64,000 nt of DNA, taken from the NCBI GenBank assembly GCA_012034805.1, contig JAAUOP010000007.1, positions 1,003 through 65,002 on the forward strand, written 5' to 3'. Made by a program: the position numbers and the translations under genes. Of this stretch, positions 28,998 through 38,544 are shown in pieces (the stretch's first letter is position 1; each line of letters opens with the position of its first letter). A model generated the notes under the pieces. It worked only from the letters and a program-made list of their open reading frames with translations. It made no database searches and was not told the DNA's origin. The stretch comes from Synechococcales cyanobacterium CRU_2_2. GTDB taxonomy: Bacteria; Cyanobacteriota; Cyanobacteriia; PCC-9006; JAAUQQ01.

Positions 28998-29834
28998 TCA
29001 AATTTGCCAACAGTCCCTGTCGTCAGTCAACCTCGTGACAAAGCAAGTGGATTTAAGGGGCTCAAGCCGACTTGAAAAACGAATTAGCTCACGAGCATGG
29101 TTCAGAAATTCGCTATCCTCGGACAGCTGTGCAATTCCTTGTTTTGCCTCCCGCGCTAGTCGCTGGTGGTCGCTGTCATTGTCCGATCGCAACCGATCGA
29201 TCGCCGTCAAGGCCTGGGACAGTTCGCTCCGCATCTGCCGAGAAAATTGCTGTGACTTCTCCACCCAAGATCCCTCATACTCCGGGTCAAGTTGTTGCTC
29301 TAGCATCTTTGTCGTCGTTTCTAGGCGTTCCAGGCGATCGCGCAATTCCAGCACATCCTCCCGAGGATAGCGAAACTCCTGGCGAATCGAGTGCAGTCGT
29401 TGCGCCAAATACTCATAGCCTTGCAGCGTAGGCCGTAGTCCGGTCAGCAACAATGCGGCTCCAGAGCTGAGATAGCCGATGGCACTAATACCCGTGGCCG
29501 CTAGACCATAGAGCACCGCCGCCGAAAGCAGGTGCAAGATAATGGCCACCCCGAGCGATCGCCGAGCCAGGGTTGCGGCATAGCTGAGCTTTTCGGGGGC
29601 GATCGCAATCTGTCTCTCCTGGGACTGTTCCGCCTCAACCAACACATCCCGCGCCTGCAAGTGGATATTCCAGGGCACCGTCGTAATCAGCAACAGCCAC
29701 TGAAAACTCAGCCCGCCAATCACCCAATCCAGTAAGCTGCCAGTGGGCACCTGGAACCACTGCAGTACCGAAAACAGCAGCAATAAAAACAAGCCAAGCC
29801 CGAGACTCGATGGCCAGAAAGAACCGAAGAACAT
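28998..29834 (-). CDS. Hypothetical membrane protein with a C-terminal coiled coil
   Basis: Four hydrophobic segments (MFFGSFWPSSLGLGLFLLLLF...), then a heptad-like region (LELRDRLERLETTTKMLEQQL). Start chosen at the internal ATG 29834. Lies directly upstream of FHA-like gene 2 on the same strand. Confidence 0.45.
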   Translation of the reverse strand: MFFGSFWPSSLGLGLFLLLLFSVLQWFQVPTGSLLDWVIGGLSFQWLLLITTVPWNIHLQARDVLVEAEQSQERQIAIAPEKLSYAATLARRSLGVAIILHLLSAAVLYGLAATGISAIGYLSSGAALLLTGLRPTLQGYEYLAQRLHSIRQEFRYPREDVLELRDRLERLETTTKMLEQQLDPEYEGSWVEKSQQFSRQMRSELSQALTAIDRLRSDNDSDHQRLAREAKQGIAQLSEDSEFLNHARELIRFSSRLEPLKSTCFVTRLTDDRDCWQI

Positions 29835-30212
29835 GAGTAAGGCCTCTAACGACGATAGATCGAGGGTGGCTGACACAACTCCAAGTTCAGCCCCAGACTG
29901 TGCTAGTTTTCGATTTGGCCTTGAAACAGCCCTCTGATACCCACCCCTCCCATACCCACAAGGAAAAAAGGGGACTGTTCGTATTCGTGTTGGGGGTCTA
30001 TTGTGTTGGGGGTCTATCGTACAGACACAATTACTTGAGGATTCGAGGGTCACCCCCTTGACGAATCTGCCGTAATTGTTATAGTTCATGCCAAATACAG
30101 ATATCGCCGCAGATATCGCCGCGCGATCGCCCCTCTCGCTCATTCGTCATAACATCGACACTTGCACTTCAGCTGCAGAGTCTGAATCGGGGAGAGTCCG
30201 CTACGGACACTC

Positions 30213-30275
30213 CTTAATCTTTTCATAACCGAAAATTACCCTAGTCTTATTGAGTTGATTCCGTAGCCTTAATCT
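30213..30275 (+). promoter_or_regulatory. Candidate Pho-box half sites (CTTAATCT at 30213 and 30268) upstream of pstS
   Basis: Both octamers fit the cyanobacterial SphR/PhoB consensus PyTTAAPyPy(T/A). The adjacent repeats at 11-bp spacing are weak. Confidence 0.25.
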
Positions 30276-30434
30276 ATTTGGTTTTAGCTGTTACAAGTGT
30301 CACCTGTAAACACACTGAGGGTTTGCCGTTGCGCACAACCCTGTGTTTGAGATGGGTGTAATGGTTTGCCATCGCGCCCAGTGGCCCCCCGGTGGATTTG
30401 TGATTCTTTTGGTTTTGAGAAATAAGGTCAAGTC

Positions 30435-31361
30435 ATGACTCCTAAGATGAATACCCTGAAAAAAGTTGCAGCAGCTTCCGCTCTTGTCGGTGCGGTTGCT
30501 CTGGTGCCAGTGATGAGCGTCGCACAGTCCTCCAAGATTGTGAAGATAGATGGTTCCAGTACCGTTTTCCCGATTACGGAACGTGTCGCAGAAGGATTTC
30601 AGAAGGCGAACAAAGCAGTCAAAGTAACCGTGGGTGTTTCTGGCACCGGCGGCGGCTTCAAAAAATTCTGCGCTGGCGAAACGGATGTTGCCAATGCTTC
30701 TCGCCCAATCAAGGATTCTGAGAAGAAGCTTTGTGCTGAAAAGGGGATTAAGTACGTCGAGCTAGCAGTCGCACTCGATGCGCTCACCGTTGTGGTCAAC
30801 AAGAAAAATACCGCTGTTAGCAACCTGACGACTGCCGAGCTGAAGAAGATGTGGGCACCGGAAGCCCAGGGAAAAGTTACGACCTGGAACCAAGTGCGTG
30901 CAGGTCTTCCTAAGGGCAAGATGCGCCTGTTTGGCCCCGGTGCGGATTCTGGTACGTTTGATTACTTCACCGAGGAGATCAATGGTAAGGCTGGTTCTAG
31001 CCGTAAAGACTACACAGCTAGCGAAGATGACAACACCCTCGTACGCGGTGTAGAGAACGATGCGAATGGAATTGGCTACTTTGGCTATGCCTACTACCTG
31101 GCTCACAAAGATAAGCTTAAGGCTGTCTCGATCAATGGTGTTCAGCCCTCGGATGACAATGTGCTCAATGGCAAGTACAAGCCTTTGTCTCGCCCGCTCT
31201 ATATCTACGTCAGTCAGAAAGCTGCGAAGAAAGCAGAGGTTCGTTCCTTCGTGGAGTACTATCTGAGCAACGCTGGGGGAATTGTCGATAAGGTCGGATA
31301 TGTTCCTTACAAGGCAGCCTCCTATCAGCAAACCCTAGGTAAGTTCAAGACCTTCAAATAG
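30435..31361 (+). CDS. pstS: Phosphate ABC transporter substrate-binding protein PstS
   Basis: Signal peptide, KIDGSSTVFPITERVAEGF, SGTGGGFKKF. Followed by pstC, pstA and pstB. Confidence 0.9.
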   Translation: MTPKMNTLKKVAAASALVGAVALVPVMSVAQSSKIVKIDGSSTVFPITERVAEGFQKANKAVKVTVGVSGTGGGFKKFCAGETDVANASRPIKDSEKKLCAEKGIKYVELAVALDALTVVVNKKNTAVSNLTTAELKKMWAPEAQGKVTTWNQVRAGLPKGKMRLFGPGADSGTFDYFTEEINGKAGSSRKDYTASEDDNTLVRGVENDANGIGYFGYAYYLAHKDKLKAVSINGVQPSDDNVLNGKYKPLSRPLYIYVSQKAAKKAEVRSFVEYYLSNAGGIVDKVGYVPYKAASYQQTLGKFKTFK

Positions 31362-31443
31362 AGTTCGTAGTCCAGGGATTGCCTGAGGGCGAAGAGCAAA
31401 ATTTAAAGCGTTGTGAGCGCGCCAAAGGCCGGGAGAACTGAAA

Positions 31444-31486
31444 ACCCATTCAAGGGGTGGTAGGATTACTGCCCCCTTGAATGGGT
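31444..31486 (+). terminator. 14-bp hairpin between pstS and pstC (attenuator or partial terminator)
   Basis: acccattcaagggg ... ccccttgaatgggt, followed by a short T-containing tract. Confidence 0.45.
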
Positions 31487-31568
31487 ATTGTGTTGATGGA
31501 CTTTATGAATGGGTTTTGTTGATGGAGATTCTCGAGATGTTTTGCCGATATAGTTTGCTGATGTTGTC

Positions 31569-32492
31569 ATGAATGCTCAACCCTCTCCCCCCACCTCGGA
31601 TCTAGAGTATCGCTGGGGCCGCAATTTTCAGGAAAAGGCAATTGAGGCCATGCTTTTTCTAGCTGCTTTTTTGGCCGTTGCCGTGACAGCCTCCATCATG
31701 GTGATTCTCGTCACTGAGTCGGTCGGTTTATTTCAAACCGTCTCGATTGTTGAGTTTCTCACCGGAACCGAGTGGGCTCCGATGTTTGAGCCGCCCACCT
31801 ACGGGATTTTGCCCTTGGTGTGTGGCACACTCATGACATCCCTGATTGCCTTGATCGTCGCCATTCCCATGGGGACGTTGTCGGCCATGTATTTGAGTGA
31901 GTTTGCCTCACTTCGCGCACGCGAGTGGATTAAACCGAGCCTAGAGATACTGGCGGGAATTCCTACCGTTGTGTATGGCTACTTTGCGCTGCTGTTTGTC
32001 ACACCCTTGCTGCAAAAAATCTTGCCGAGCTTACCGGGTTTTAATATGCTCAGTCCCGGAATCGTCATGGGAATCATGATCATTCCGTTGGTAGCCTCGA
32101 TTAGTGAAGATGCCATGCGGTCTGTGCCTCGGGAGCTGCGGGAGGGATCCTATGCAGCTGGAGCCACTCGCTTCCAAACGGCATTAAAGGTTGTCTTTCC
32201 CGCTGCGATTTCTGGCATTTCTTCTTCCTACATCTTGTCAGTTTCTCGGGCTGTGGGAGAGACGATGATTGTGGCGATCGCAGCCGGTCTGCAACCCATC
32301 ATCACCTTCAATCCCCTAGAGCCTGCAGCGACCATTACAGCTTTTATTGTCCAAGTCAGCTTGGGGGACTTGCCCCACGGTTCAACGGCTTACCAAACGA
32401 TTTTTGCTGCAGGTTTAGTCCTAGCCTTGATGACGCTGGTTTTCAATATCTTTGGGCACTTTTTGAGCAAGCGATATCGGGAGAACTATTAG
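31569..32492 (+). CDS. pstC: Phosphate ABC transporter permease PstC
   Basis: Six TM helices, EAA-like loop ...ISEDAMRSVPRELREGSYAAGATRFQT. Confidence 0.9.
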   Translation: MNAQPSPPTSDLEYRWGRNFQEKAIEAMLFLAAFLAVAVTASIMVILVTESVGLFQTVSIVEFLTGTEWAPMFEPPTYGILPLVCGTLMTSLIALIVAIPMGTLSAMYLSEFASLRAREWIKPSLEILAGIPTVVYGYFALLFVTPLLQKILPSLPGFNMLSPGIVMGIMIIPLVASISEDAMRSVPRELREGSYAAGATRFQTALKVVFPAAISGISSSYILSVSRAVGETMIVAIAAGLQPIITFNPLEPAATITAFIVQVSLGDLPHGSTAYQTIFAAGLVLALMTLVFNIFGHFLSKRYRENY

Positions 32493-32493
32493 A

Positions 32494-33429
32494 ATGGCGA
32501 TCGCGCTCCCTGAACAGGGCCTTATTGCCCTACGCAAGTCCGTTTCTCGGCGGCAACTCTACAGCAATCTGTTCGCAATTGTTGGACTGATCTCCATTTT
32601 GGTCGCCCTGGTTGTTTTGGTCGCTTTGATTATTCACCTCTTATCTCAGGGCCTCACCAGTATAGATTGGCAGTTTCTCACTTCACCCGCCAGCAGTGAT
32701 GCCGAAGAGGCTGGGGTATTTATTGCCCTGGTGGGAAGTGGCCTGGTGATGCTCGTGACCACGACCCTAGCGGTTCCAGTGGGAATTGCGGCTGGAATCT
32801 ACCTGGAAGAATACGCCCGCAAAGGTTGGTTGGCCGACTTGATTGAAATCAATGTCACCAACCTGGCCGGTGTCCCATCGATTGTCTATGGCTTGTTGGC
32901 ACTCGGTCTATTTAAGTACGCGTTGAACCTGGGTGAAAGTATCATCACCGCTGGTTTAACCCTGGCTTTGTTGGTGTTGCCGGTCGTGATTGTAACGACC
33001 CGAGAAGCCATGCGTGCCATTCCCAGTAGCTTACGGGAAGCCGCCTATGCCCTGGGCGCGAGCAAGTGGCGCATGGTCAAAGACCACATTTTGCCCTACT
33101 CCATGGGCAGTATTTTGACAGGGATTATCATCGGCCTATCGCGGGCTATCGGCGAGACTGCACCTTTGGTCACCATTGGCGCGCTCACCTTCATCACCTT
33201 CTTGCCCGACTCCCCCATTCAGCCAACCTTCCCGTTCATTTCGTTCTCCTGGTTGCTGTCGCCTTTCACCGTGTTGCCGATTCAAATGTTCAGCTGGGTT
33301 TCTCGGCCTGATTTGGCCTTTGAAGCCAAAGCAGCGGCGGCGGGTGCGGTGCTGCTGGCTCTGACATTGCTCATGAATGGTTTTGCAAGTTTTCTGCGTT
33401 ATCGTCTCCGCAAAGGTATCAAATGGTAA
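32494..33429 (+). CDS. pstA: Phosphate ABC transporter permease PstA
   Basis: ...[27 protein letters not shown]... Starts 1 nt after the pstC stop. Confidence 0.9.
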   Translation: MAIALPEQGLIALRKSVSRRQLYSNLFAIVGLISILVALVVLVALIIHLLSQGLTSIDWQFLTSPASSDAEEAGVFIALVGSGLVMLVTTTLAVPVGIAAGIYLEEYARKGWLADLIEINVTNLAGVPSIVYGLLALGLFKYALNLGESIITAGLTLALLVLPVVIVTTREAMRAIPSSLREAAYALGASKWRMVKDHILPYSMGSILTGIIIGLSRAIGETAPLVTIGALTFITFLPDSPIQPTFPFISFSWLLSPFTVLPIQMFSWVSRPDLAFEAKAAAAGAVLLALTLLMNGFASFLRYRLRKGIKW

Positions 33430-34229
33430 GTGAAACATCTGGACATCGTTCTCAGTCTGGGATCGCCCACAAAGCCAAAGTTGAAGCCGTTAATTTGAGT
33501 TTTTACTATGGCGGTAGCAAAGCGGCAATTAAAAATGTCAGTTTAGCGATTCCTGAAAAGCAGATTACGGCCCTAATTGGCCCATCAGGCTGTGGAAAAA
33601 CGACGCTTCTGCGTTGCTTCAACCGCATGCATGATCTATACGATAACAACCGCTACGAGGGTAAAATTCTCCTTGATTCGACGGTCAATCTGATCTCGAC
33701 GAAGATTGATCCCATTGAAGTGCGGATGCGGGTTGGCATGGTTTTTCAACGGCCCAACCCTTTCCCCAAATCGATCTATGAGAACGTGGCCTATGGTCTA
33801 CGGATACGAGGTGAAAGTCGGCGACGCGTCATTGATCAAAAAGTGGAACAGTCGCTTCAACAGGCGGCCCTCTGGAACGAGGTCAAAGACCGGCTCAATG
33901 ACCAGGCTTATGATCTATCCGGCGGACAGCAGCAACGTCTTTGCATCGCCCGTGCGCTGGCCACAGACCCAGAATTGATCTTGTTTGACGAGCCAACTTC
34001 TGCGCTAGATCCGATCGCCACGGCCAATGTCGAGCAATTGATGCTGCAACTTAAAGACAAAGTCACCATGCTGGTGGTCACCCATAGTATGCAACAGGCA
34101 GCTCGCATTTCGGACTACACCGCGTTCATGTATTTGGGTGAACTGGTGGAGTTTGATCAAACCTCTAAAATCTTCAGTGCTCCGGCCCAGGAGAAAACCC
34201 GCGATTACATTGGTGGCCGATTTGGCTAA
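33423..34229 (+). CDS. pstB: Phosphate ABC transporter ATP-binding protein PstB
   Basis: Walker [10 protein letters not shown], signature [14 protein letters not shown], Walker [13 protein letters not shown]. Confidence 0.92.
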   Translation: MVSETSGHRSQSGIAHKAKVEAVNLSFYYGGSKAAIKNVSLAIPEKQITALIGPSGCGKTTLLRCFNRMHDLYDNNRYEGKILLDSTVNLISTKIDPIEVRMRVGMVFQRPNPFPKSIYENVAYGLRIRGESRRRVIDQKVEQSLQQAALWNEVKDRLNDQAYDLSGGQQQRLCIARALATDPELILFDEPTSALDPIATANVEQLMLQLKDKVTMLVVTHSMQQAARISDYTAFMYLGELVEFDQTSKIFSAPAQEKTRDYIGGRFG

Positions 34230-34241
34230 GCAACGAGGATT

Positions 34242-34484
34242 AAATTAACGTGAGTTCGAATTGACGAATTGCACCTCGATACCACCCGAGGTTTAAAACC
34301 CCAGGCGAATCGAAACCGCTCACGAAAGGAACTCCAGCCAGTTCCCAGCCAGATTCTTTTACCCAATCAGCGCGACTAAACCTCTCTGGGTTTCCGCCAA
34401 ATGAGCCCTCGGCTTGCAACCCAGGTCGGTGCATGGACTCTCACTAGAGCAATGGTGTCGATCCGGTCGAACTCACGTTATTTT
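34242..34484. other. 243-bp element bounded by a perfect 14-bp inverted repeat (MITE-like element or structured ncRNA)
   Basis: taacgtgagttcga at 34246-34259 pairs with tcgaactcacgtta at 34467-34480. Several internal hairpins (ggaact/agttcc, aaacc/ggttt). T-run after the right arm. No convincing ORF. Confidence 0.4.
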
Positions 34485-34677
34485 AGTTGCCTGAATTAGC
34501 ACGATACAGAATCAAACATTAACCCAAAATTAACCTTGACTGGTGACTCGCTTAATCTCTGCGTGGTGAACTGTATCTAGGTTTACTTTTCAGGTTTCCC
34601 TGACATCACTGCTGGGCGCTAGATTTTTGGTGTCTGCGCTTTGTTTTGTGTCCCGAGTTGTTACGAGCGAAAATTTA

Positions 34678-34896
34678 ATGTCTTTGCAGAACGAGGAGTT
34701 GCTAGCTCAGGCTCAGGCTTGGGGGTTTCTATGTGGGGTAGATGAGCTCGGTGAATCGGTGATTATGCCAGAGACGGATGATTGGCGAATTCAGTCTAGG
34801 GCCGATCGCTGGGTTTTGGTCGTCAGCGGTGCCTCGCAAGTTAACTTCTATCCTGAAGATGTCCTCAAGTTTCTAGAGCGTCGTCGCAAGCGCTAG
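34678..34896 (+). CDS. Small hypothetical protein (72 aa)
   Basis: ATG at 34678. MSLQNEELLAQAQAWGFLCGVDELGESVIMPETDDWRIQSRADRWVLVVSG... Strong palindromic terminator downstream. Confidence 0.45.
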   Translation: MSLQNEELLAQAQAWGFLCGVDELGESVIMPETDDWRIQSRADRWVLVVSGASQVNFYPEDVLKFLERRRKR

Positions 34897-34992
34897 GCAT
34901 CTTACTTTTAGAAATGTTGCTTTTAGGAACATTACCTTGGCGACCGTTGCAACGAAATTAACAAAGGCGAGTGATTAGCAAATCCAACCAAC

Positions 34993-35033
34993 CACCTAGA
35001 AGGAGCTAGCGACTCGCTAGCTCCTTCTAGGTG
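34993..35033. terminator. Bidirectional terminator hairpin between convergent genes
   Basis: Near-perfect 41-bp palindrome cacctagaaggagctagcga-c-tcgctagctccttctaggtg. Confidence 0.6.
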
Positions 35034-35075
35034 ACAGGGCTGTTTCTTAAGCGCGAAAACACCTGAGCAAGAATC

Positions 35076-36152
35076 CTACTGAACCGCTGCCAGGGCTTGT
35101 TCTGAACGGAACGCTTTCATGAAGAACAGGGAGGCAAAGATAGTACCGTTAGAGGCATACAGTGGTAGCTTCTGAAGCAACTTGAGAGGGGCGATCGCAC
35201 CCGACTCTTCAATCTTTGCGATCTTGAGATTGTTCTGAACGCAATTTTCTAGCTGCTCATAGAACTTCGGGTGATCCACATCCAAAATCACCGGAAAGAC
35301 TCGACCAGCAGTCTCATTGGTCTTTTTGATCACGTACTTGTCGTACTCGCGGGCGTCTAGGCCCAGGGCCTCGTAGAATTCCTTGCGCTGGACGTCGCGA
35401 ATATACATGGTCGCAAAAACAGCAAGCAGAAAGAACTTGCACCAGAGGCGCGATCGCAGCCCGTTCACGGTCCAAGGCACCGCCTTCATCACCGCATCAA
35501 AGAAATCGCCGTGGCGGTTTTCATCCTGACACCAATTTTCGAAGAAATTGAAAATTGGATAGAGGCGATTTTCGGGGTGCTGTTCCAGATGGCGATAGAT
35601 CGCAATATAACGCCAGTAGCCAATTTTCTCGGAAAGATAGGTGGCGTAAAAAATGTACTCAGGCTTGAAGAAGGTGTATTTCTTGTTGGCAGTCAGGAAG
35701 CCCAAGTCGAGCTGCATCCCAAAATCGCTCATGGCTTTGTTCAAAAAGCCCGCATGTCGTGCTTCATCCCGAGACATGAGACCAAAGCATTCGGCTAGTA
35801 GCGGATTCTTGGTTTTGAGCTTGCGGCTGAGTTCCTTGTAGAGCAAAAAGCCCGAAAACTCAGAGGTACAAGACTGCTCTAGAAACTCAACAAACACCTT
35901 TTTCGTGGCGGGATCAAGCCCTTCGGTGGATCCGTCGAATTCGGGAGTGCGCACAAAGTGGTGGCGGTTATAGTCAGCCTGGAATTCTTCTAGGATGGCC
36001 CACAGCTCATCTTCGTTGGGCGACAGATCCATCTTGGCCATCGCTTCAAAGTCGGTCGTATAGAAGCGAGGGGTAAGGATGGTGTCCTTAGCGGGTACCT
36101 TGACCCCAGGACGGATCTCTTCAGCAATGGGCTTTCTAAGGGAATCTACCAT
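35076..36152 (-). CDS. acsF: Mg-protoporphyrin IX monomethyl ester (oxidative) cyclase
   Basis: [42 protein letters not shown]..., di-iron motifs [12 protein letters not shown] and [10 protein letters not shown]. 358 aa from the ATG at 36152. Confidence 0.93.
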   Translation of the reverse strand: MVDSLRKPIAEEIRPGVKVPAKDTILTPRFYTTDFEAMAKMDLSPNEDELWAILEEFQADYNRHHFVRTPEFDGSTEGLDPATKKVFVEFLEQSCTSEFSGFLLYKELSRKLKTKNPLLAECFGLMSRDEARHAGFLNKAMSDFGMQLDLGFLTANKKYTFFKPEYIFYATYLSEKIGYWRYIAIYRHLEQHPENRLYPIFNFFENWCQDENRHGDFFDAVMKAVPWTVNGLRSRLWCKFFLLAVFATMYIRDVQRKEFYEALGLDAREYDKYVIKKTNETAGRVFPVILDVDHPKFYEQLENCVQNNLKIAKIEESGAIAPLKLLQKLPLYASNGTIFASLFFMKAFRSEQALAAVQ

Positions 36153-36402
36153 GGGGATTTTTAGAGAGTTGAGCGGCATTCATCCCCCACTCTACCAAGG
36201 GAGGACGGACTTGAGATAGACCCGCTGTGAAGAGTTGCAATATTTTGTCATGCTCTGTAACACAGTTGACCATCCCAGGCTGGGCTGCTCCGGGGTGGGC
36301 TGCTGCAGGACACGCTATCGTAAATTCCGCACCTCTGACCCGGAGCCTCGCCAGCTCAGATTCGCCACAATAGAATAGAAGATATGAGCATCTGTAGAAG
36401 CC

Positions 36403-36978
36403 ATGAGGCTCACGTCGCGTCTGTTTCGTCCACGAATGAGTTTGTCCATGAACCAGCTCAACTCGCCTCCGCAGAATAATAGTACGACCGCGATCGCCCC
36501 ATCCCAAGACGGACGCCTCACCAGCAGCTATCTGTTTTGGCTACTGTTCCTCATGGGATTTGGTGGCATCCACCGGATTTACAATGGTAAGGTTCTTACC
36601 GGCGTGCTTTGGTTTTGCACCTGGGGATTTTTTGGCATTGGCCAACTGGTCGATCTGCTCTTGATCCCCGATATGGTCGACACCCGTCGAATGCAGCTTT
36701 TGCGCGCCAACGGTGGGATTCAGCCCGGCACAATGGGTTCACAAGTCGTAGCGGCCCAGACGGTACAAGCGCCGACACGGGAGCAGCTGATGGTGCAGAT
36801 TTTGGCGGCGGCGCGATCGCACCAAGGCAGACTCACGGTTCCCCAGGCTGTTCTGGCAACGCACCTCGGCTTTGACGAAGTGGAAGGCCTCCTACTGGAA
36901 ATGCACCGTAAGGGCTATGCCTCCATGGAGAACGACATGGATACGGGTGTGATTATTTATCACTTTGTGGGGCTATAA
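36403..36978 (+). CDS. TM2-domain membrane protein
   Basis: YLFWLLFLMGFGGIHRIYNGKVLTGVLWFCTWGFFGIGQLVDLLLIPD is the TM2 signature. The start may be 36436 or 36448. Confidence 0.65.
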   Translation: MRLTSRLFRPRMSLSMNQLNSPPQNNSTTAIAPSQDGRLTSSYLFWLLFLMGFGGIHRIYNGKVLTGVLWFCTWGFFGIGQLVDLLLIPDMVDTRRMQLLRANGGIQPGTMGSQVVAAQTVQAPTREQLMVQILAAARSHQGRLTVPQAVLATHLGFDEVEGLLLEMHRKGYASMENDMDTGVIIYHFVGL

Positions 36979-37094
36979 AAAGCTGGTGCACCCTGACAGC
37001 GCACCAACTCATCTTGCTCGGGGTTATTCAGATGGTCTCGAAAGAGCATGATGCCCGATAGTGTCCAGCCTGTGTCACCCAGAAGCCAACCCGT

Positions 37095-37322
37095 CTAAGG
37101 GGTTTTGCCAGCGCAAGGCTTCGCACCTGCACAGGGTTGCTTACCGGCACAAGGAGCAGCACCCGCGCAGGGAGCCTTACCGGCACAGGGAGCAGCAACC
37201 TCACCAGACGTTTCTCCACCAGCCTCAGGGGTTGTTCCACTTGAGCAGCTCGTCGCCAAGCCACTAACACCAACACTCAACACAGAAAATGCGGCAAGAG
37301 TTGCCCAGGTTTTAACGCGCAT
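37095..37322 (-). CDS. Small exported Cys-repeat protein, probable lipoprotein, (x-P-C-A-G-x)x5
   Basis: Signal peptide ending GLATSC, then APCAGKAPCAGAAPCAGKQPCAGAKPCAGKTP, encoded by 18-bp DNA repeats. 75 aa. Confidence 0.55.
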   Translation of the reverse strand: MRVKTWATLAAFSVLSVGVSGLATSCSSGTTPEAGGETSGEVAAPCAGKAPCAGAAPCAGKQPCAGAKPCAGKTP

Positions 37323-37555
37323 ATGCTTTCTCTCGATTTACTGAAGGGTGGGCTGCTGCACAGACAGGGGGAAGACCAAAGCTGTAGCCTTGGCATCGCA
37401 GTGCAGTGGCCCACATGTATATTTGGCCGGGTGAATCTGGTTTTTTGCTGAAACCCTCCCTAACTTTCCATAAGAAACTGAGGCTCAGCAATTCAGAATT
37501 CGTTCAGTAGTGTGCGGAATGAGCGGGTACTTGTCAATCTATAAGATGGCCTTAT

Positions 37556-37637
37556 CTGGCATTATCTTTAGAATCAGGCATTGCCTTTAGAATCAGGCAT
37601 TGCCTTTAGAGCCTGGCATTGCCTCAAATTCTGGCAG
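37556..37637. repeat. Direct repeat array of about four 19-bp units (core ggcattgcctttagaatca)
   Basis: The core GGCATT recurs at 37558, 37577, 37596 and 37615, with a partial copy (GGCA) at 37633. Lies in the divergent region between the Cys-repeat protein and the cupin/two-component genes. Confidence 0.85.
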
Positions 37638-37787
37638 ACGGCTTCCTCGAGTAAGCAGATTTTCTTGAGTATCTCAGCAAACGTTCAGGATTCCGTCAGG
37701 CTTGCATCAGGCAAATGAGATTGGATGGGGGGGCTCTAGTTTAAGCCTCGTTCCCAAGGCTGGCTTGGTCCTCAGGCTGGCCAGGTT

Positions 37788-37824
37788 CTCAGCCTTGGTT
37801 TCAATTCCGGAAACCAAGGCTGAG
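37788..37824. other. Perfect 15-bp stem-loop (ctcagccttggtttc / gaaaccaaggctgag)
   Basis: Read directly. About 100 bp upstream of the cupin ATG. Flanked by related aaggctgg motifs. Confidence 0.5.
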
Positions 37825-37922
37825 GGCGATCGCACGATCAGCTATGAATCAAGATATTTCCTAACCCCTCTAGAATTGTGAAATCATCCGCACTATCTGC
37901 TAAGCCCTATCGGAGACCGACC

Positions 37923-38528
37923 ATGACGAACCAAGACTGGCATGTCACCCAAGTGGGACAGTGCATCATTCCGAGTCGGGAAGTGTTGGTTTCAGAGCCG
38001 ATCGTGCCCTATCGCCTCTATCGTTTTTTGACGGATTTGGAGGAGATTTTGCTCAAGGAGAGCGACGACGCGATCCGACTTCAGCAGATCTGCCCCCTAG
38101 TACGGCATTTGCTCGACCATTCTCCTTGGATTGAGCTGCAATTTCTGATGCCGGATCCGGAAACCGGTTGGTCTGTGAATACACTCTATGACGAGCCAGA
38201 CTACCCCCTAACCATTCAGATCGTGAGCTGGATGCCGGGGGTGAAGTCTTCGATTCATAATCATGCAACCTGGGGACTGGTAGCGGTTTTGGATGGTCAG
38301 GAAAAAAATACATTTTGGCAACAGGCGACCACTGAAGGCCTTCCCCTCAAAAAGACTGGCGATCGCATCCTAGATCCCGGCGACATCATCACCTTTATGC
38401 CCAATGCCATCCACCAGATTGAAGCCCTGGGAGACGATCCTGTGATTAGCTTGAACCTATATGGAGAGACCGAGTTTGAACAACGTTTCCAATTTGATCC
38501 AGACACCGGTGCCGCAACCTTGTTTTAG
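37923..38528 (+). CDS. Cupin-fold protein (cysteine-dioxygenase-like / COG5553-type metal-dependent enzyme)
   Basis: SSIHNHATWGLVAVLDGQEKN and GDIITFMPNAIHQIEALG are cupin motifs 1 and 2. ATG at 37923. Confidence 0.55.
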   Translation: MTNQDWHVTQVGQCIIPSREVLVSEPIVPYRLYRFLTDLEEILLKESDDAIRLQQICPLVRHLLDHSPWIELQFLMPDPETGWSVNTLYDEPDYPLTIQIVSWMPGVKSSIHNHATWGLVAVLDGQEKNTFWQQATTEGLPLKKTGDRILDPGDIITFMPNAIHQIEALGDDPVISLNLYGETEFEQRFQFDPDTGAATLF

Positions 38529-38544
38529 GGACAGGCATCTTGGC

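Noticed and set aside
34240-34434. 64-aa minus-strand ORF inside the inverted-repeat element
   Set aside because: No RBS, the composition is not protein-like, and it is fully contained in a region that folds into hairpins.
36136-36521. Minus-strand ORFs 36136..36507 and 36315..36521 upstream of acsF
   Set aside because: They overlap the acsF start and the TM2 gene start and have no recognisable motifs. They are probably chance ORFs in the divergent promoter region.
38461-38544. Upstream 28 codons of the histidine-kinase ORF, which overlap the cupin gene
   Set aside because: This is probably not translated. The kinase N-terminus (positively charged, then the TM helix) begins around 38545, although no ATG is available, so the exact start remains open.
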